DNA of 64,000 bases from Camelus dromedarius (taxonomy: Eukaryota): the NCBI RefSeq assembly GCF_036321535.1, contig NC_087436.1:5332001-5396000 (forward strand), read 5' to 3'. A program made the translations under genes and the position numbers. Under the pieces are notes generated by a model, which saw nothing but the letters and a program-made list of their open reading frames with translations, was not told where the DNA came from and searched no databases. Position 1 is the stretch's first letter. Every line of letters begins with the position of its first letter. Of the stretch, positions 1 to 12,985 are shown one piece after another.

Positions 1-637
1 TCTGATGACATCCACCCTCAGACAGGAATAGTGACTTCCACCCGGCCGGCCACCAAAGACAAACTGAAATGACCTCAGATTAGCCTTGCCGCAAACTTTT
101 ATAGTGTTGAGTTAACTAAGTTAATCACAGACTCAGGCAAACAATATAAACCTTTCCCCCTTTCTTAGCATGCATGCTAAGATGTCGCGGTGACTGAAGG
201 TAGCAGGTTTTCCGGCTGAATGAGTCAGCAATCATTTATACCAAAAGGGAGAGCTTTCGTGAAAAGTCTGATCATTTCCCACTAAAAGTGAATTTTCTAT
301 CAGCATCAATATGGGAAGGCCTTTCATAACTGAAAAACCTGAACACAAACACAAACAGTGCTTTTGTTCTAAAGGCCATCACCGAGATGAACAGAGTTCT
401 GTTTCACCCAGACATGATGGATGTCTGCCAACCGGCATGTACCGAGCCCTGCTGTGTGGGTTTAAAAGTCTTGCAGAAGCTCTGAACACAGCCAAAACCA
501 GGCTCAGGGCTAGCTCGACCAGCTATATAATCTGGAACCATTCAAATCCTGACCTTGGAGCTCCTTATCTATAAAATAATACATTTTATTATTATTAAAT
601 AATATCTACCTCATAAGACAAATGAAAAAAGATATGA

Positions 638-770
638 GGGGGGAGGGTGGAGCTCAGTGGTAAAGCCCTTGCTCAGCAGGCATGAGGTCCTGGGTTCAGT
701 CCCTAGTCCTGCCATTAGAGAAGTAAATAAGTAAATGCACTTCCCTCCCTCCCTCCACTCCCCCCAAAAA
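638..770 (+). mobile_element. tRNA-derived SINE (vic-1-like)
   Basis: G-rich head, A-box agctcagtgg, B-box-like ggttcagtccc, A-rich tail, flanking aaaaagata repeats. Confidence 0.85.
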
Positions 771-1234
771 GATAGAAAGCACCAGTAAATGCCAGGACCA
801 CGGAGACACCAACAGTGGTAGATACTGTACAATAATGATGGTCAGTGTCTTCAGGTAGATTACACTCCAGCTGAGGTGTCATCAACAAAAGTGACCTGTG
901 CTCCTCAACTCAGCTTTGAGGCCCTGCTAGCGACTAAAATGCACCCCATGAAAAGCAGAATTAATGGTCTCCTCCCCAGAAACAGTTCTCAGACAGGGTC
1001 TATTTTTTTTTTATTTTGTTGTTGTGAGTTTTTAATTCCTTTTTAATTATCTCTGAGGACACCAACGTTTTTCCTACCATGACTCTCAAACAAAAATGAA
1101 AGGTAATCCTCACAGAATACCGTCCTGACAGTGGATACCTGGTAGACTGGGCATCCAAAGCAGGAGATGAAGATCCTGAGAGATTATTATGAGGGAAGTT
1201 GGAGAAAACTATAAAAATGCAATGAATTAAAATA

Positions 1235-1391
1235 TGGGGGGAGGGAATAATTGGGAGCTTGGGATTGGCAGATACAAATTATTATATAGAATAGATAAAC
1301 AACAAGGTCCTACAGTAGAGCACAGGGAACTATATTCAACACCTTGTAATAGCCTATAATGGAAAAGGATCTGAAAAGGAATATATATATA
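1235..1391 (+). mobile_element. L1 3' UTR fragment
   Basis: Shares agcacagggaactatattcaa...taatggaaaagga with other L1 tails in the window. Confidence 0.8.
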
Positions 1392-1813
1392 TTGTATAAA
1401 CATGCCACAGCTTCTTTATCCAGTCACCTGTTGATGGACATTTAGGTTGTTTCCATGTCTTGACTATTGTAAATAGTGCTGCTGTGAACAATGGGGTGTA
1501 TGTATCTTTTTGAATTAGAGTTTCCTCTGAATATATGCCCAGGATGGGGATTGCTAGATCATAGGGTAAGTCTATGCTTAATTTTTTTAAGGAATCTCCA
1601 TACTATTTTCCATAGTGGCTGCACCAAATTACATTCCCAGCAGCAGTGTAGGAGGGTTCCCTTTACTTCACACCCTCTCCAGCATTTATCTTTTGTGTAC
1701 TTTTGAATGATGGCCATTCTGACCAATGTGAGGTGATACCTCATTGTAGTTTTGATTTGCATTTCTCTCATAATTAGTAATACTGAGCACCTTTTCATGT
1801 GTCTGCTGGTCAA
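1392..1813 (-). mobile_element. L1 ORF2 C-terminal fragment
   Basis: Translates MQIKTTMRYHLTLVRMAII...[16 protein letters not shown] (L1 ORF2p C-terminal region). Confidence 0.92.
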
Positions 1814-3059
1814 TCAGATGAGTTTTAAAAGCACTTCATAACATCCTTCCTCAATATTTTGTATTGCAATACTGTTCATTAAATAACAGACTAACAGCAT
1901 TTGCCACAATTCTTTTAAAACACTGTGAGTCAATGACAGAATTTTAGTGGAAAAACAAAGGATAAGGTAAGAAGAGTGTCTGGTTTTCTGAATGTGAGAC
2001 GCACTCTCCTGTTCATTACATACACCAGCAGCAATGCCTGTTTTAAACTTCAGTCCTGGCGTTGATGGCGAGAAGGTACACGTGGTCAGAACGGATAAAA
2101 AGAGGTCTACTAGACCTACTCACGAATGGGAAAAAGTAATGTCAACACAAAAGTACTCTAAAGTATACAAAAATCTAAATGCTTTTATATTGAACTTGGG
2201 ATAACAAAACAATAGAAAAAACACAGATTCATAAAAGTGATAAATTCTACCTGAATTCCTCATAAAGACATAAAATCTACGTATAAGTGCACATGTCTGT
2301 GTATATATAGTACAGTATACATGCACAACACTTCTGTGGTTTTAAACCAAACCACAAGACTAAAGTAAGTCACACAGAAAGGCAAAAGAAAGTGAGGGAA
2401 CAGGGAAGAATGAACTTGAAGCAGAAAAGTCAGGGAAGTAACACAAGAGCTGAAAATGTTGATTCACCAGGAAAACAAACATGACTAATATATTAAACAT
2501 TTACACAGCCACAATAATAAGTAATCCTCTTTCACCGAGTGAATCCAAAGAAGGTAACTTAGTCAAAACTCCACAAAACTTAAGTAAGATTAGAAAAGAT
2601 TATAGCATTTCAACTACAGATTACGAAGAAAACTAATGATAATGGAAACCTGATAGCAGGATGAAGGAATTCTGACTGGTTAGATAGTAAAGCAATTCAT
2701 GTATCAAACATGATGTACCTTTTTACCAAACACACAACACAGAAATATACAGGGCATAATTGAATCTTTCTTAGCATAATTCAAAAATATATCACAACTC
2801 TCTACTGTCTAAAGATTAGACATAAACATCATTGTTGCCTTGAAGATGCTTCTGAGAGCCACCACTCTCCAGCAATGTCTATGAGGGTCTGACCCATGAC
2901 TGGCAAAATGCTGAATGCTTTCATACATCCCCACTCTCTCCCCAAATGACCCTGAGAAGAAGTGACAGCTTCATTCTACAGTTTAGACACCTCAAGATCA
3001 AGTCGTTCACATGCTCCTGGTCACATAGGTCTACAGGTCTGCTGTCAAGAGAACTGCCC

Positions 3060-3707
3060 CCTTGATCCAGCAATCTCACTCTTGGGCATGTATCCAGAGG
3101 GAACTCTAACTCAGAAAGACACATGCACGCCAATGCTCATACCAGCACTATTTACAATATGCAGGACATGGAAGCAACTTAAAAGTCCAATCAACAGATG
3201 ACTGGATAAAGAAGCTGTGGTATATTTATACAATGGAATACTACTCAGTCATAAAAAACAATGAAATAATACCATTTGTGGCAACATGGATGGACCTAGA
3301 GATCATCATTCTAAGTGAAGGAAGTCACACAGAGAAAGACAAATACCATATGATATCTCATATGTGGAATTTAAAAAAAAAAGACACAAATGAACTTACT
3401 TACAAAACAAAACCAGATTCACAGACACAGAAAACAAAGTTATGGTTACCACCGGGAGAGAGTGGATAAGAAGGGATAAATTGAGAGTTCAAGATTTGCA
3501 GATACAAACTAACGTATATAAGACAGATTTCAAAAAACTATTCTGTATAGCAGAGGGAACTATATTCAACATCTTGCAGTAAGCTATGATGAAAAAGAAT
3601 ATGAAAACGAATATATGTATGCATATATATGACTAAAACATAATGCTGTACACCAGAAATTGACACCACATTGTAAACTGACAACACTTCAATTAAAAAA
3701 AAAAAGA
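3060..3707 (+). mobile_element. 5'-truncated L1 (ORF2 end, 3' UTR, poly(A))
   Basis: DPAISLLGMYP...MEYYSVIK...FVATWMDLE motifs, 3' UTR and A tail. Confidence 0.93.
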
Positions 3708-3790
3708 AATGCCACCTGATGTGGATTCCTCCAGCCCACATCACAGCTCCTGCTTATTCAAAGCTTTATCACAATTTTAAACTGACACAT

Positions 3791-3796
3791 TTTAAT
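3791..3796 (-). terminator. Candidate poly(A) signal ATTAAA
   Basis: + strand tttaat, ~140 nt past the stop codon of the candidate terminal exon. Confidence 0.35.
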
Positions 3797-3936
3797 TAAT
3801 AGATGGATACAACACAATTATCAACAAATCAGAATTTCAGTTCTACATTTGAAAAAGTCATACATCTAACAAGTTACATGTGCATTAAGAGGTGGAAACA
3901 CAGAAAACTATGCAGATTTGCTGTGCTTACTGGACG

Positions 3937-4073
3937 TCAGTTACCACGGCAACCCAAGGAGTCAGAAGGTAGGAAGCTACTCAAGCGTCCAGTGAAGCCC
4001 AGAAACATGGCAGCTGCTGAAAGACGCTTTATGAGAAAACCGAGCAAGTTTTCAGCACCACTGGGTGACATAT
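3937..4073 (-). CDS. Candidate terminal coding exon (phase 1 to stop)
   Basis: Acceptor cttccag|AT; open frame (D)MSPSGAENLLGFLIKRLSAAAMFLGFTGRLSSFLPSDSLGCRGN then TGA at 3939-3937; phase matches exon 4554-4684. Confidence 0.6.
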
Positions 4074-4553
4074 CTGGAAGTGAAGTTTGGGGGGGGGGGG
4101 TTGTTTTGTTTTGTTTTTTAAGAAGAGTAGATTCTAATGAAGGTTTGAAATGGAGCCAGGAAAAGACCAACAACATACGTCTCTGGATCACCTGCTAAAA
4201 TGAAGGCATCCCTTTTTGGCAGAAATGATCTTACTCACTTCACGAGGAGCATAATTTAATACCTACAGTGAAGAAGGCCTGTCAATACCCTGCTGCAGGA
4301 ATGCAGAAATCTACAGATGCTCAGGTTTCTACGTGTAACAGGACAGAGGACAGAAGCTGATTTGGGGAGGGAAAGGCAGTGAGATTAATTTTTTAGGTTT
4401 TATTGAGGTATACAGAAAATCATCTTGACTCAAAAACAGAGATGTGGTCTCACTTTTTTGAGTTATTGGAAAGCTACATCTCCTTTGATAATTCAACAAA
4501 GGAAACTGCTCGAATTAACAACATGATAGCCAAAATCATTCTTTCAAACTCAC

Positions 4554-4684
4554 CACGCTTTAGGTCAGCCTTCTTTTTTGACTTTTCAGTCTGCCTTCTC
4601 TGCCCCCTGCACATACACACATTTTCTGGCCCCAAATCACATGACTTTGTCCATATGAAACTGAATGAATGAGTTCTACCCGAC
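4554..4684 (-). CDS. Candidate internal exon, 131 nt (phase 2 to 1)
   Basis: ctcttttctgatag|G acceptor, G|gtgagt donor; open frame SGRTHSFSFIWTKSCDLGPENVCMCRGQRRQTEKSKKKADLKR. Confidence 0.62.
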
Positions 4685-5199
4685 CTATCAGAAAAGAGCT
4701 CCACCAGGGTGCAAAATTGTTCCTTGTTCTATATTAAATGTGAGTTGAAAATAGGGGAAAAAGCTGAGACATCTGAATGGCCTAGACAGATTTCCAGAAA
4801 GGCACCATCAATATTCACATTCGTGAGCATAGCATTTTGGAAGGTATATGTTACTTGCAAGTGAAGTTAGTTCCGTTTTTAGAGATCTGAATGAGCAAAC
4901 CCAATCACCAAACACAAGCGACAGTAAGACACATGAAACCCACACTGTGAAGAGATTTGCCTTAACCCTTCATCAGTGATTGAGACTTCGAGTCATAAAT
5001 GTTGGCTTTAGGATCAGACTGATCAGCTTCCCACCAGAAAGCTGTGACTCTGGGTGAGATGGATGAGGTGAAGCTCTATGGTATCTCAGCAAACAGGCTA
5101 TATGCACTATTGAAAGTGATCAGCACCCACCACGGAGGATCAGATAAAGGAGTCTGGAGTGGACCGACCTCCAGGTCTCTCTCTCACTTCTCCACATGC

Positions 5200-6230
5200 A
5201 TGTCTCCCGACGGGGCCTGTGTCCCCTCTTCCCTGTTCACTCCGGAGGAAGAGGCGTGTGTCCCCTTCTCAAGCTAACGTCCCTCGTTCCTCCACTTATG
5301 CTCAGGGACCCAGCCTCCATTCCTCTCCATGTCAGTAACGTCCAATCCTTCCTGGTTCCTAAGGAACTTTCCTTTTCCTAGGATTTCTATCTCTTGGGCA
5401 ATTACACGTGCTCAAGTTACAGGGACCAGAAGGAAAACCAAACTAAACCACCCCCGGGAAGAGCACGCCTCTTCGCCGTCCTGCTGCCCTCGGTCTAAAG
5501 CTTCCTGAGCACGGAGGTGATTCTCAATGGCAGCATCTTCACTGACCACCCCAAGGGCTCCCACCCCTGTCACCCCATTAAAACTGCTTGCCTTAATGTC
5601 CCTGCTGACTCCTAAATGCAAAGTCCAAAAGACAGCTTTCAATCCTCACTTCACTGGATCTTTCTGCAGCATTTGTCACAGCCGACCACTCCCCGTCTCC
5701 ATAAAACCTCCCCTCGGCTGCCAGTCCCTCTCTCTGCTTCCTCCTCTGAAGCCCTCATTCTCAGTTTCTCTTTAAATACAGGTCTTCTCTATCATCTACA
5801 TCCTAAGCTGTCCATTCCTTCCTCTAAAAGATCATCTAATCACATTACTTCAATGACCCCAGCTTGGCTGGTATCTTCCAGACAGTTCATTTCTAGACTT
5901 TAGATCATGACTGTGTGTCTCTAAATGAATACCCTGATCATCTTTGTTAAATAAATAAACAGCAAGTTTGAACCAAATATGTGTAAAACATAAAGCCTCT
6001 GCATCCACCTGGCTGTGGCCCCACGATGCCAATCATCTCTTCCTAGATCTAAGGCGAATCTCCAGTCGTGAGCTCCTAAACATCCAATTTTAGAAATTCT
6101 TACTAGAATTCAACATGTCCAGTTTTGACCTTCTCTTTCTCGTCTATCTCTTGCGTGACCTACCTAAAACGCAGGCTCAGCTTCCATAGTGGGCTCCCTG
6201 TCCACTAGAAGGTGGTGCCATCTGTTCACC
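5200..6230 (+). mobile_element. Ancient L2 LINE relic
   Basis: 5642-5689 translates ILTSLDLSAAFVTADH, matching the L2/CR1 RT motif DLSAAFDTVDH; boundaries approximate. Confidence 0.65.
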
Positions 6231-7514
6231 CATCTAAAATTATTTTTTGAAAGATTTTTTTTAAAGGTCTACCTTATGCCAGATACCTTGCTATGTGTTG
6301 TGTAAACACGACTCTCCAGTCTCAGGATCGTCATCGTCTAAAGGGAGGGAGGGGCTGAGAACAGGATAAGAAGACTGACAGAGAGAAGCATGTGCAGTTG
6401 GGCGGCGGGAGAACAGATTAGACCCTGGGATGAGATGCTGCTGTCTCTGGTCTTAAAGGTTGAGCAGGAGAGGCCAGGGGACCGGGTGCAGGAGGCAGAG
6501 AGGAAACAGGTGACACGAAGAGTCAAGAATGAGCTTTGCACACTCCATTCCAGAGCTGGTATTTTATCTAATACATTGATGATGCTCAGATCGTATCAAG
6601 CATGTAAGTCATCTGGGCTGTTTCTTATAAATTTTCATGGGGGTCCCACCTCTAGAGGCTCTGATTCATTACATCAGCGTCTATGCCAGGGAACTTGCGT
6701 TTTTGACAAGGACCACAGCTGTCTTGATGCTGGGACATCCGTGGATTATAAAAAATGCCCTTAGAGAGAGTGGGGAGTCACAGAAGGGTTCTCAGCAAGG
6801 ACGCTGCTCTTAGTAGTTCTCTCTAGAAAGTCCGCAAAGGATTTACATGCAGAGGGAGCCCAAGAGTGCCACCAGCAAGGCAAGGACACTGCAGCAGGGG
6901 AGGACAGAGGGACTGGGGGCCTAGCCTCAGTTAATGATGGCAGGAGGGTTCCATCACTTATAAGATACAAATAGGAATCAATCTTCTCTTAAGATGTTTG
7001 TGTGACATAAACTTTAGGAGATACAAACAAGCTTTAAATAAATTTCATTCGCGTGCGCATGTGTTTTACAATCATTCCAACTATCGACTTTACCCCGAAG
7101 CTCAAAAGTGCCTCCTCTGTGAAGCCTTCCCTCACTACTGAAACAGCACCTGCCAACCTGCACATCTGTCACTCCTGCTTTACTTCCCTCTTAGCACTCC
7201 TCACCACCCGGCACATCTACACTTACAGGTTTACCGGCTGTCCACCCTCACAGGGATGAAAACTCATTGAGAACAGAGAGACTTTATCTGTATTTTTTTA
7301 CTGCATAATGGGTGCCCAGTAAGTATTTGCTGAATAAAAGTGTAAGTTAAAAGGAAAATTACCATCTGAGCAAATCAAACATCACAAAAGGAACAGCATC
7401 CTGGCCTAAATTCATGTGTCTTAGCAGCAGGAGCACCTGGGCACTGCAGGGCCGGCAGACCAGGTTTGGGGCTTCCTCTACCCAGATGTGAAATATAAAC
7501 GGATGGAGACGCTC

Positions 7515-8040
7515 AATGCCCCTCGACAGATGGCTGGATAAAGAAGCTGTGGTGTATTTATATAATGGAATACTACTCAGCCATAAAGAGAATGAAATAC
7601 TACCATTTGCAGCAACACGGATGGACTTGGATGGTGCTATGCTAAGTGAAGTACATCAGACAGAAAGAAAAATACTGTAAGATCTCACTTATATGTGGAA
7701 TCTAAATAAAAAGGACACATGAACCTATTTACAAAACAGAAACAGACTCACAGACATAGAAAACAAACTTAAGCCTTATGCTCACCAGGGGGGAAGTGGG
7801 GGAGGGAGGGATAAATTAGGAGTTTGGGTTTAGCACAAACTACTATGTACAGGATAGATACACAGCAAAGTCGTACTGTTCAGTACAGGGAACTAGATTC
7901 AGTATCTTGTAATAACCTATAATGAAAAGGAATATGAAAATGAATATATAGATGTATAAACGAATCACTATGCTGCACACTAGAAATTAACACAACTTTG
8001 TAAACAGACTAGACTTCAATAAAAAAATTTTTAAATTAAA
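7515..8040 (+). mobile_element. 5'-truncated L1 3' end
   Basis: ggataaagaagctgtgg...aatggaatactactcagcc...cttcaataaaaaaa. Confidence 0.92.
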
Positions 8041-9849
8041 AACATAAACAAAAGGATGGAGTTGTTACACCTAAGAGCAGGCTTCCAGCTAGAAATAAAC
8101 ACAGATTTCACGTACAACCTTCAAGCTTCACCGAAGGAATTAACCCTAATTGTGGAGAACATGAGCACAGCAATCTGAGAGCACCGCTGAGCAAGGAGGA
8201 CCCCACCTGAGTGCCCACCGTGTGCCGGACGTGGCTGTAGACATCTCACACGTACGATTTCACCAAATCACCACTAAAACCCTGCATGGCTTTGGCTCTA
8301 CTCTTGAATTCTGACTCCTCAGACACCTTGGAAGGTATTTCACAAAATCATGTGTTCATTTTGTTTCCCAAAGATAAGAGAGTTTCCCGTATCGTGCAGA
8401 TGTGTGAACTCAACTGTGGCTCAAAGGTATTAATAAAATTCACCCAAATGACATAGAGACTTCGGTACCAGAACCAGGATTCATACTCCTGCCTCAGATT
8501 TCAAAGCTTCTTATTCTGTCTAAAATACTGCACGTCCGCTCCAAATTGCTGTCAAACAGATCTTCTAAATTATCATGTGGTTCACACCTTGGGGTGGGAA
8601 ACAGGTATCGGCTTCTCGCCTTTCTGTCAACTGTTTAGAAGGATCTGCGTCCAATCACTGATTCATTCCCAAAGAAATACTATTTGCCCAGATACCAAAG
8701 TGAATCTCTTTAGAGTTTAAAGAGCTCAGCTTTATTTTAATTACATTAGTAAAGCCTTTCTGTATTACCCAAAGGGCACCCAAAGCAGGCGTTCTCTCTC
8801 TCAAATGGAATAAAGGAACACAACTGTCCTACAGCATCTCACATTTAATTTACTGCAGATAAATGGCCTTGAACACAGAGATCAGCTCTGCTTACAAGTC
8901 CATTATGCAAATGTGTCAGTGAACAAAAGTAAAACATGAAACCAGTATTGTTGGGAGAAAGGTGTCCCCTCCTTTGTCTGCTTGTATTGTGGGGTGGAGG
9001 GGGGCGTGTGTGTGTGAAACAATCGAGAGACATACGTTTATAATCTACACACATGCATTTAATGTCTGTTTGTATACATGTAATAGACACAAAAAATACA
9101 TTTTAAATGCTGGCATTTCTGGACTTATAAGGTCAGAAGTTTTAAAAACAAACAATAGAAAATTTCATGGGCTGACTGTACCTAAACAGATACAAATCAC
9201 TTAAAAATACTGCTACTTGGACTTGTTAATGTCCTAAATTTAGAAAATGGTTAAGTTCAAGCTTTTTCCTGCTTTTCCTTTCCATTACAATGGTACCCAT
9301 CGTTAAATATAGTACCTGAAATCCAGTTTCTGTTTCCTTGCTTAAATTCTCGAGTGTCTGCGGCTCATGGTGAGGGGTCGTCTGGCCTCATCTTTTGTAG
9401 GAATAATGACTTTCTCTCTTCGATTTACTCTGTTTTTTACAATCACTTGTAAAACGTGGGATACAGCGGAACGTAAAAACCATAATCTTAAGAGCAAGCA
9501 GATGAGTAATGGGGCTGACTTTCTGGTCCTTTAGTGCGTTGTAATTAAGCATTCTTGGAAGGTGGCTTAGGGGGGCAGTTTATAAAAAATGATTTATGAA
9601 GTACTTTAAAGAAATTCTGAGCGTGGACACAGGTTTCCCTTTGAGGCTGGGGGAAATGATTAAAGTGGAAATAGACGTATGACTCATGAGCTCTTACAGC
9701 TTCCTCTCTGCAGCCCTGGGCGCTGGCTATCCCCTGGCATTGCCGGAGGGAGTCCCCAGGCGGGGGCGGCGCCCGGTGGGGTCTACCTGTAGCTCAGTGA
9801 CATCAGGCAACAGGGATTTTCACTTCAATTACATAAAGTTACACGTAGT

Positions 9850-10328
9850 TTTATTTTATTTTATTATTTTAGAGAAATTTGCGATTCACAGAAAAATTGT
9901 GAAGACAGTACCGAGTGCCCCTTAACCCTAAACGTTGTCTCCCCATCATCAACATCCTGACCACCCCTGTGGTAGCTTTGCCATCAGTGAACCAAGACTG
10001 ACACGTGTTACCACTAACAGATGTCAAACAAAACAGATGTACTCATCATGTGTCCTCAGTTTTTACTGACAGTCCCGTCCCTTTTCTGTCCCAGGAGATC
10101 ACAGTAATACTTCGATATTATCTTACGTTAGGCTTCCCTTTACTGTGACAATTTCTCAGACATTTCTTTTTTCTTTTTGCCGGCCTTACCGGTTTTGAGG
10201 AGCACCAGCCAGGCATTTTGTTGAATGTCTCTTAACTGAGATTTGTCTGGTGTTTGTCTCATGATTAGTCTGAGGTCATGGATTTGTAGGAGCAAGACCA
10301 CTGAAAAAAGGTTATTCTTTCCATCATT
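9850..10328 (-). mobile_element. Old L1M (MB/MC-type) 3' fragment
   Basis: T-rich tail followed by gattcacagaaaaattg...ttttgttgaatgtctc motifs. Confidence 0.55.
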
Positions 10329-10329
10329 A

Positions 10330-11097
10330 TTAAAAATCCACAAACAGTAAGTGCTGGAGAGGGTGTGGAGAAAAGGGAACCCTCTTACACTGCTGGTGGG
10401 AATGTAGTTTGGTACAGCCATTATGGAAAACAGTGTGGAGATTCACTAAAAAACTAAAAATAGAGCTATCATATGATCCAGCAACCCCACTCCTGGGCAT
10501 ATATCTGGAGGGAACTCTACTTAGAAAAGACACAGGCACCCCAATGTTCACAGCAGCATTATATACAGTAGCCAAGACATGAAACCAACCTAAATGTCCA
10601 TTGACAGATGACTGGATAAAGAATATGTGGTATATTTATACAATGGAATACTACTCAGCCATGAAATAATGCCATTTGCAGCAACATGGATGGACCCAGA
10701 GATCATCATTCTAAGTGAATTTAAGCCAGAAGGAGAAAGAAAAATAGCATGACATCACTCATATGTGGTACCTAAAAAAAGAAAAAAAGAGGACACTAAT
10801 GAACTCATCTACAGAACAGAAGCAGACTCGCAGACACAGTAAACAATCTTATGGTTACTGGGGGAAAGGGATGGGAAGGGATAAATTTGGGAGTTTGAGA
10901 TTTGCAAATGTTAGCCACTATATATAAAAATAGATTAAAAAATAAATTTCTTCTGTATAGCACAAGGAACTATATTTAATATTTTGTAAAAACCTTTAAT
11001 GAAAAAGAAAATGAAAATGAATATATGTATGTATACGCATGACTGGGACATTGTGCTGTACACCAGAAACTGACATATTGTAACTGACTGTACTTTT
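10330..11097 (+). mobile_element. 5'-truncated L1 (ORF2 end and 3' UTR)
   Basis: gctggagagggtgtggagaaaagggaaccctcttacac...gatccagcaaccccactcctgggc...3' UTR. Confidence 0.93.
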
Positions 11098-11099
11098 AT

Positions 11100-11430
11100 A
11101 CATTATGCTAAGGGAAAGAATTATATCACAAAAAAACACATATACATATTTATATACCTGATTCCACTGATGCAAGATGTCCAGAATAGGCAAATCTCTA
11201 GAGATGGAAAGTATATCAATCTCTGCTTAGGGAGGAGGACATGAGGGGAGACGGAGATACTAGCTGGAGGGTACCACTTTCTTTCCAACGTGATAGAAGT
11301 ATTCTAAAGTTCACTGTGTGACAGTTGCACAATTCTGTGAACATACTAAAAATCACTGAATTTTACACTTTAAACGGCTGAACTGTAAGGTACATGAATT
11401 AAATCTCAATAAAGCTGCTATTAAAAAAAT
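11100..11430 (+). mobile_element. Older L1MB-like 3' end
   Basis: gtccagaataggcaaatct...aattaaatctcaataaagctgct. Confidence 0.7.
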
Positions 11431-11964
11431 TCCTAAAATGAAGTGAAATTTCAGTCCTATACAAACAGCACTAGCACAAGTTCCTCTATCTAAACATCTC
11501 CCAAGTTGGGACATGCAGAATTCTCTTTGCCTTGCAAACATGAAGACTGTAAAAGAAAATTCCAAGGAAAAGAATGAGTCAAGAGAGACAGATGCACAAA
11601 CATATTCGACGTGGTATAATTTACAATGATCTATATAATTATAATTACATTTCATTCAATTCAAGTTGACCTGGAAAAGATGTTCATGATACAAAGCTAA
11701 ACGAGAAAAGAAACATATAAAACCTTGGCTATAACATGACTTCACTTATACAAGCATAGGTATTTTTCCATAAATATCCACATGCAGATATATTACAATA
11801 TTAAAACAGTGGTTATCGCTGGAGAATGGAATTGTGGGTAATTTTTCTTTGTTTTCGGTTATTCTGGTGGTTTTTTCCCCAAAAAAGACAGTGTAGGTCT
11901 TAAATCTCTGTACTCGTGAATGGGACTTTCCATGGAAATAACTTCTTGCAGAAAGAACTTGCAT

Positions 11965-12305
11965 TCTTCAGTTGAGGGTTTGGGGATAAGACCATCTTGG
12001 ACTTAAGGTGGGCCCTAAACCCAATGACTGGTCCTTATAAGAGAAAGCTGATGGAGACGTGACGTGGGGAGACACAGGGGAAAGCCACGTGAACACAGGA
12101 GAGACTGGAGGAGTGAATCCACAGGACCAGGAACACCAGAGGACTGGGAAAGGGACCTTCCCCAGAGCCACCAGGAGGGACCAACGCTGCCGACATCTTC
12201 ATTTCAGACTTCTGCCCTTGTGAACTGTCAGAGGAGGAACCTCCGTTATTTTAAGCCTTGTGGTATGTGGTCATTTGTTACCATGACCCTGGGCAACTGA
12301 CACTG
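11965..12305 (+). mobile_element. MaLR (MLT1-type) solo LTR
   Basis: ggtgggccctaaacccaatgactggtccttataaga...cagacttctg...ttatttaagcc...tttgttac hallmarks. Confidence 0.8.
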
Positions 12306-12599
12306 TTATACTTCATAACTTTTTTAATTCTAAATATTTTGGAAAGACTACAGACTCAAAAAGTTGCAGAAGCGGTGGCCCTTTGACCCTCACTGACTCG
12401 GCTCCTCTCAGCGGTGGCATCCTCAGTAATTCTAGTACAACAGCCAAACCAGGCAGCGAGCAGGGGGACAGGCTGATAACCAGGCCGCGGCCCTGCCTGG
12501 GTCTCCCGAGCACGCTCACCAGTGTGTGAGCGTGAGAGTTCCAACCACCACACCAGTCGCAGGAATCCTCCACCCTGTCCTGTCTGGTTTCTAACTCTC

Positions 12600-12985
12600 T
12601 AGTTTACATCGAAAATTCTATATAAATGGAGCCATACATCACACACCTTCCTAAAACTGTTTGGTTTTTTTTTTCATTAGCTGTCATGTTACCATCCACC
12701 CAGTGGCTGCACTTTATCCATAATCTGCTCTTTTTTATTGCTGAGAAATATTTCACTGCACAGATGCACCAGATTTTTTTTTTTTTTGACCATCCTCTGG
12801 TTGAAAGACACTTAGCTTGTTCCCAGTGAAACTTCATATACAGATTATGTGTGAGAACATAGCTTTCATTTATCTGGAATAAGTGCCCAAGAGCACAGCT
12901 CTGGATCAGATGGTAAGTACGGGTTGAGTTTTGTAAGAAAATGCCAAACTATTTCCCAGAGTGGCTGCATTTTACATTCCCGCTG
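12600..12985 (-). mobile_element. Old L1M fragment
   Basis: ttttattgctgagaaatatttc...tgccaaactatttcccagagtggctgcattttacattccc. Confidence 0.65.
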
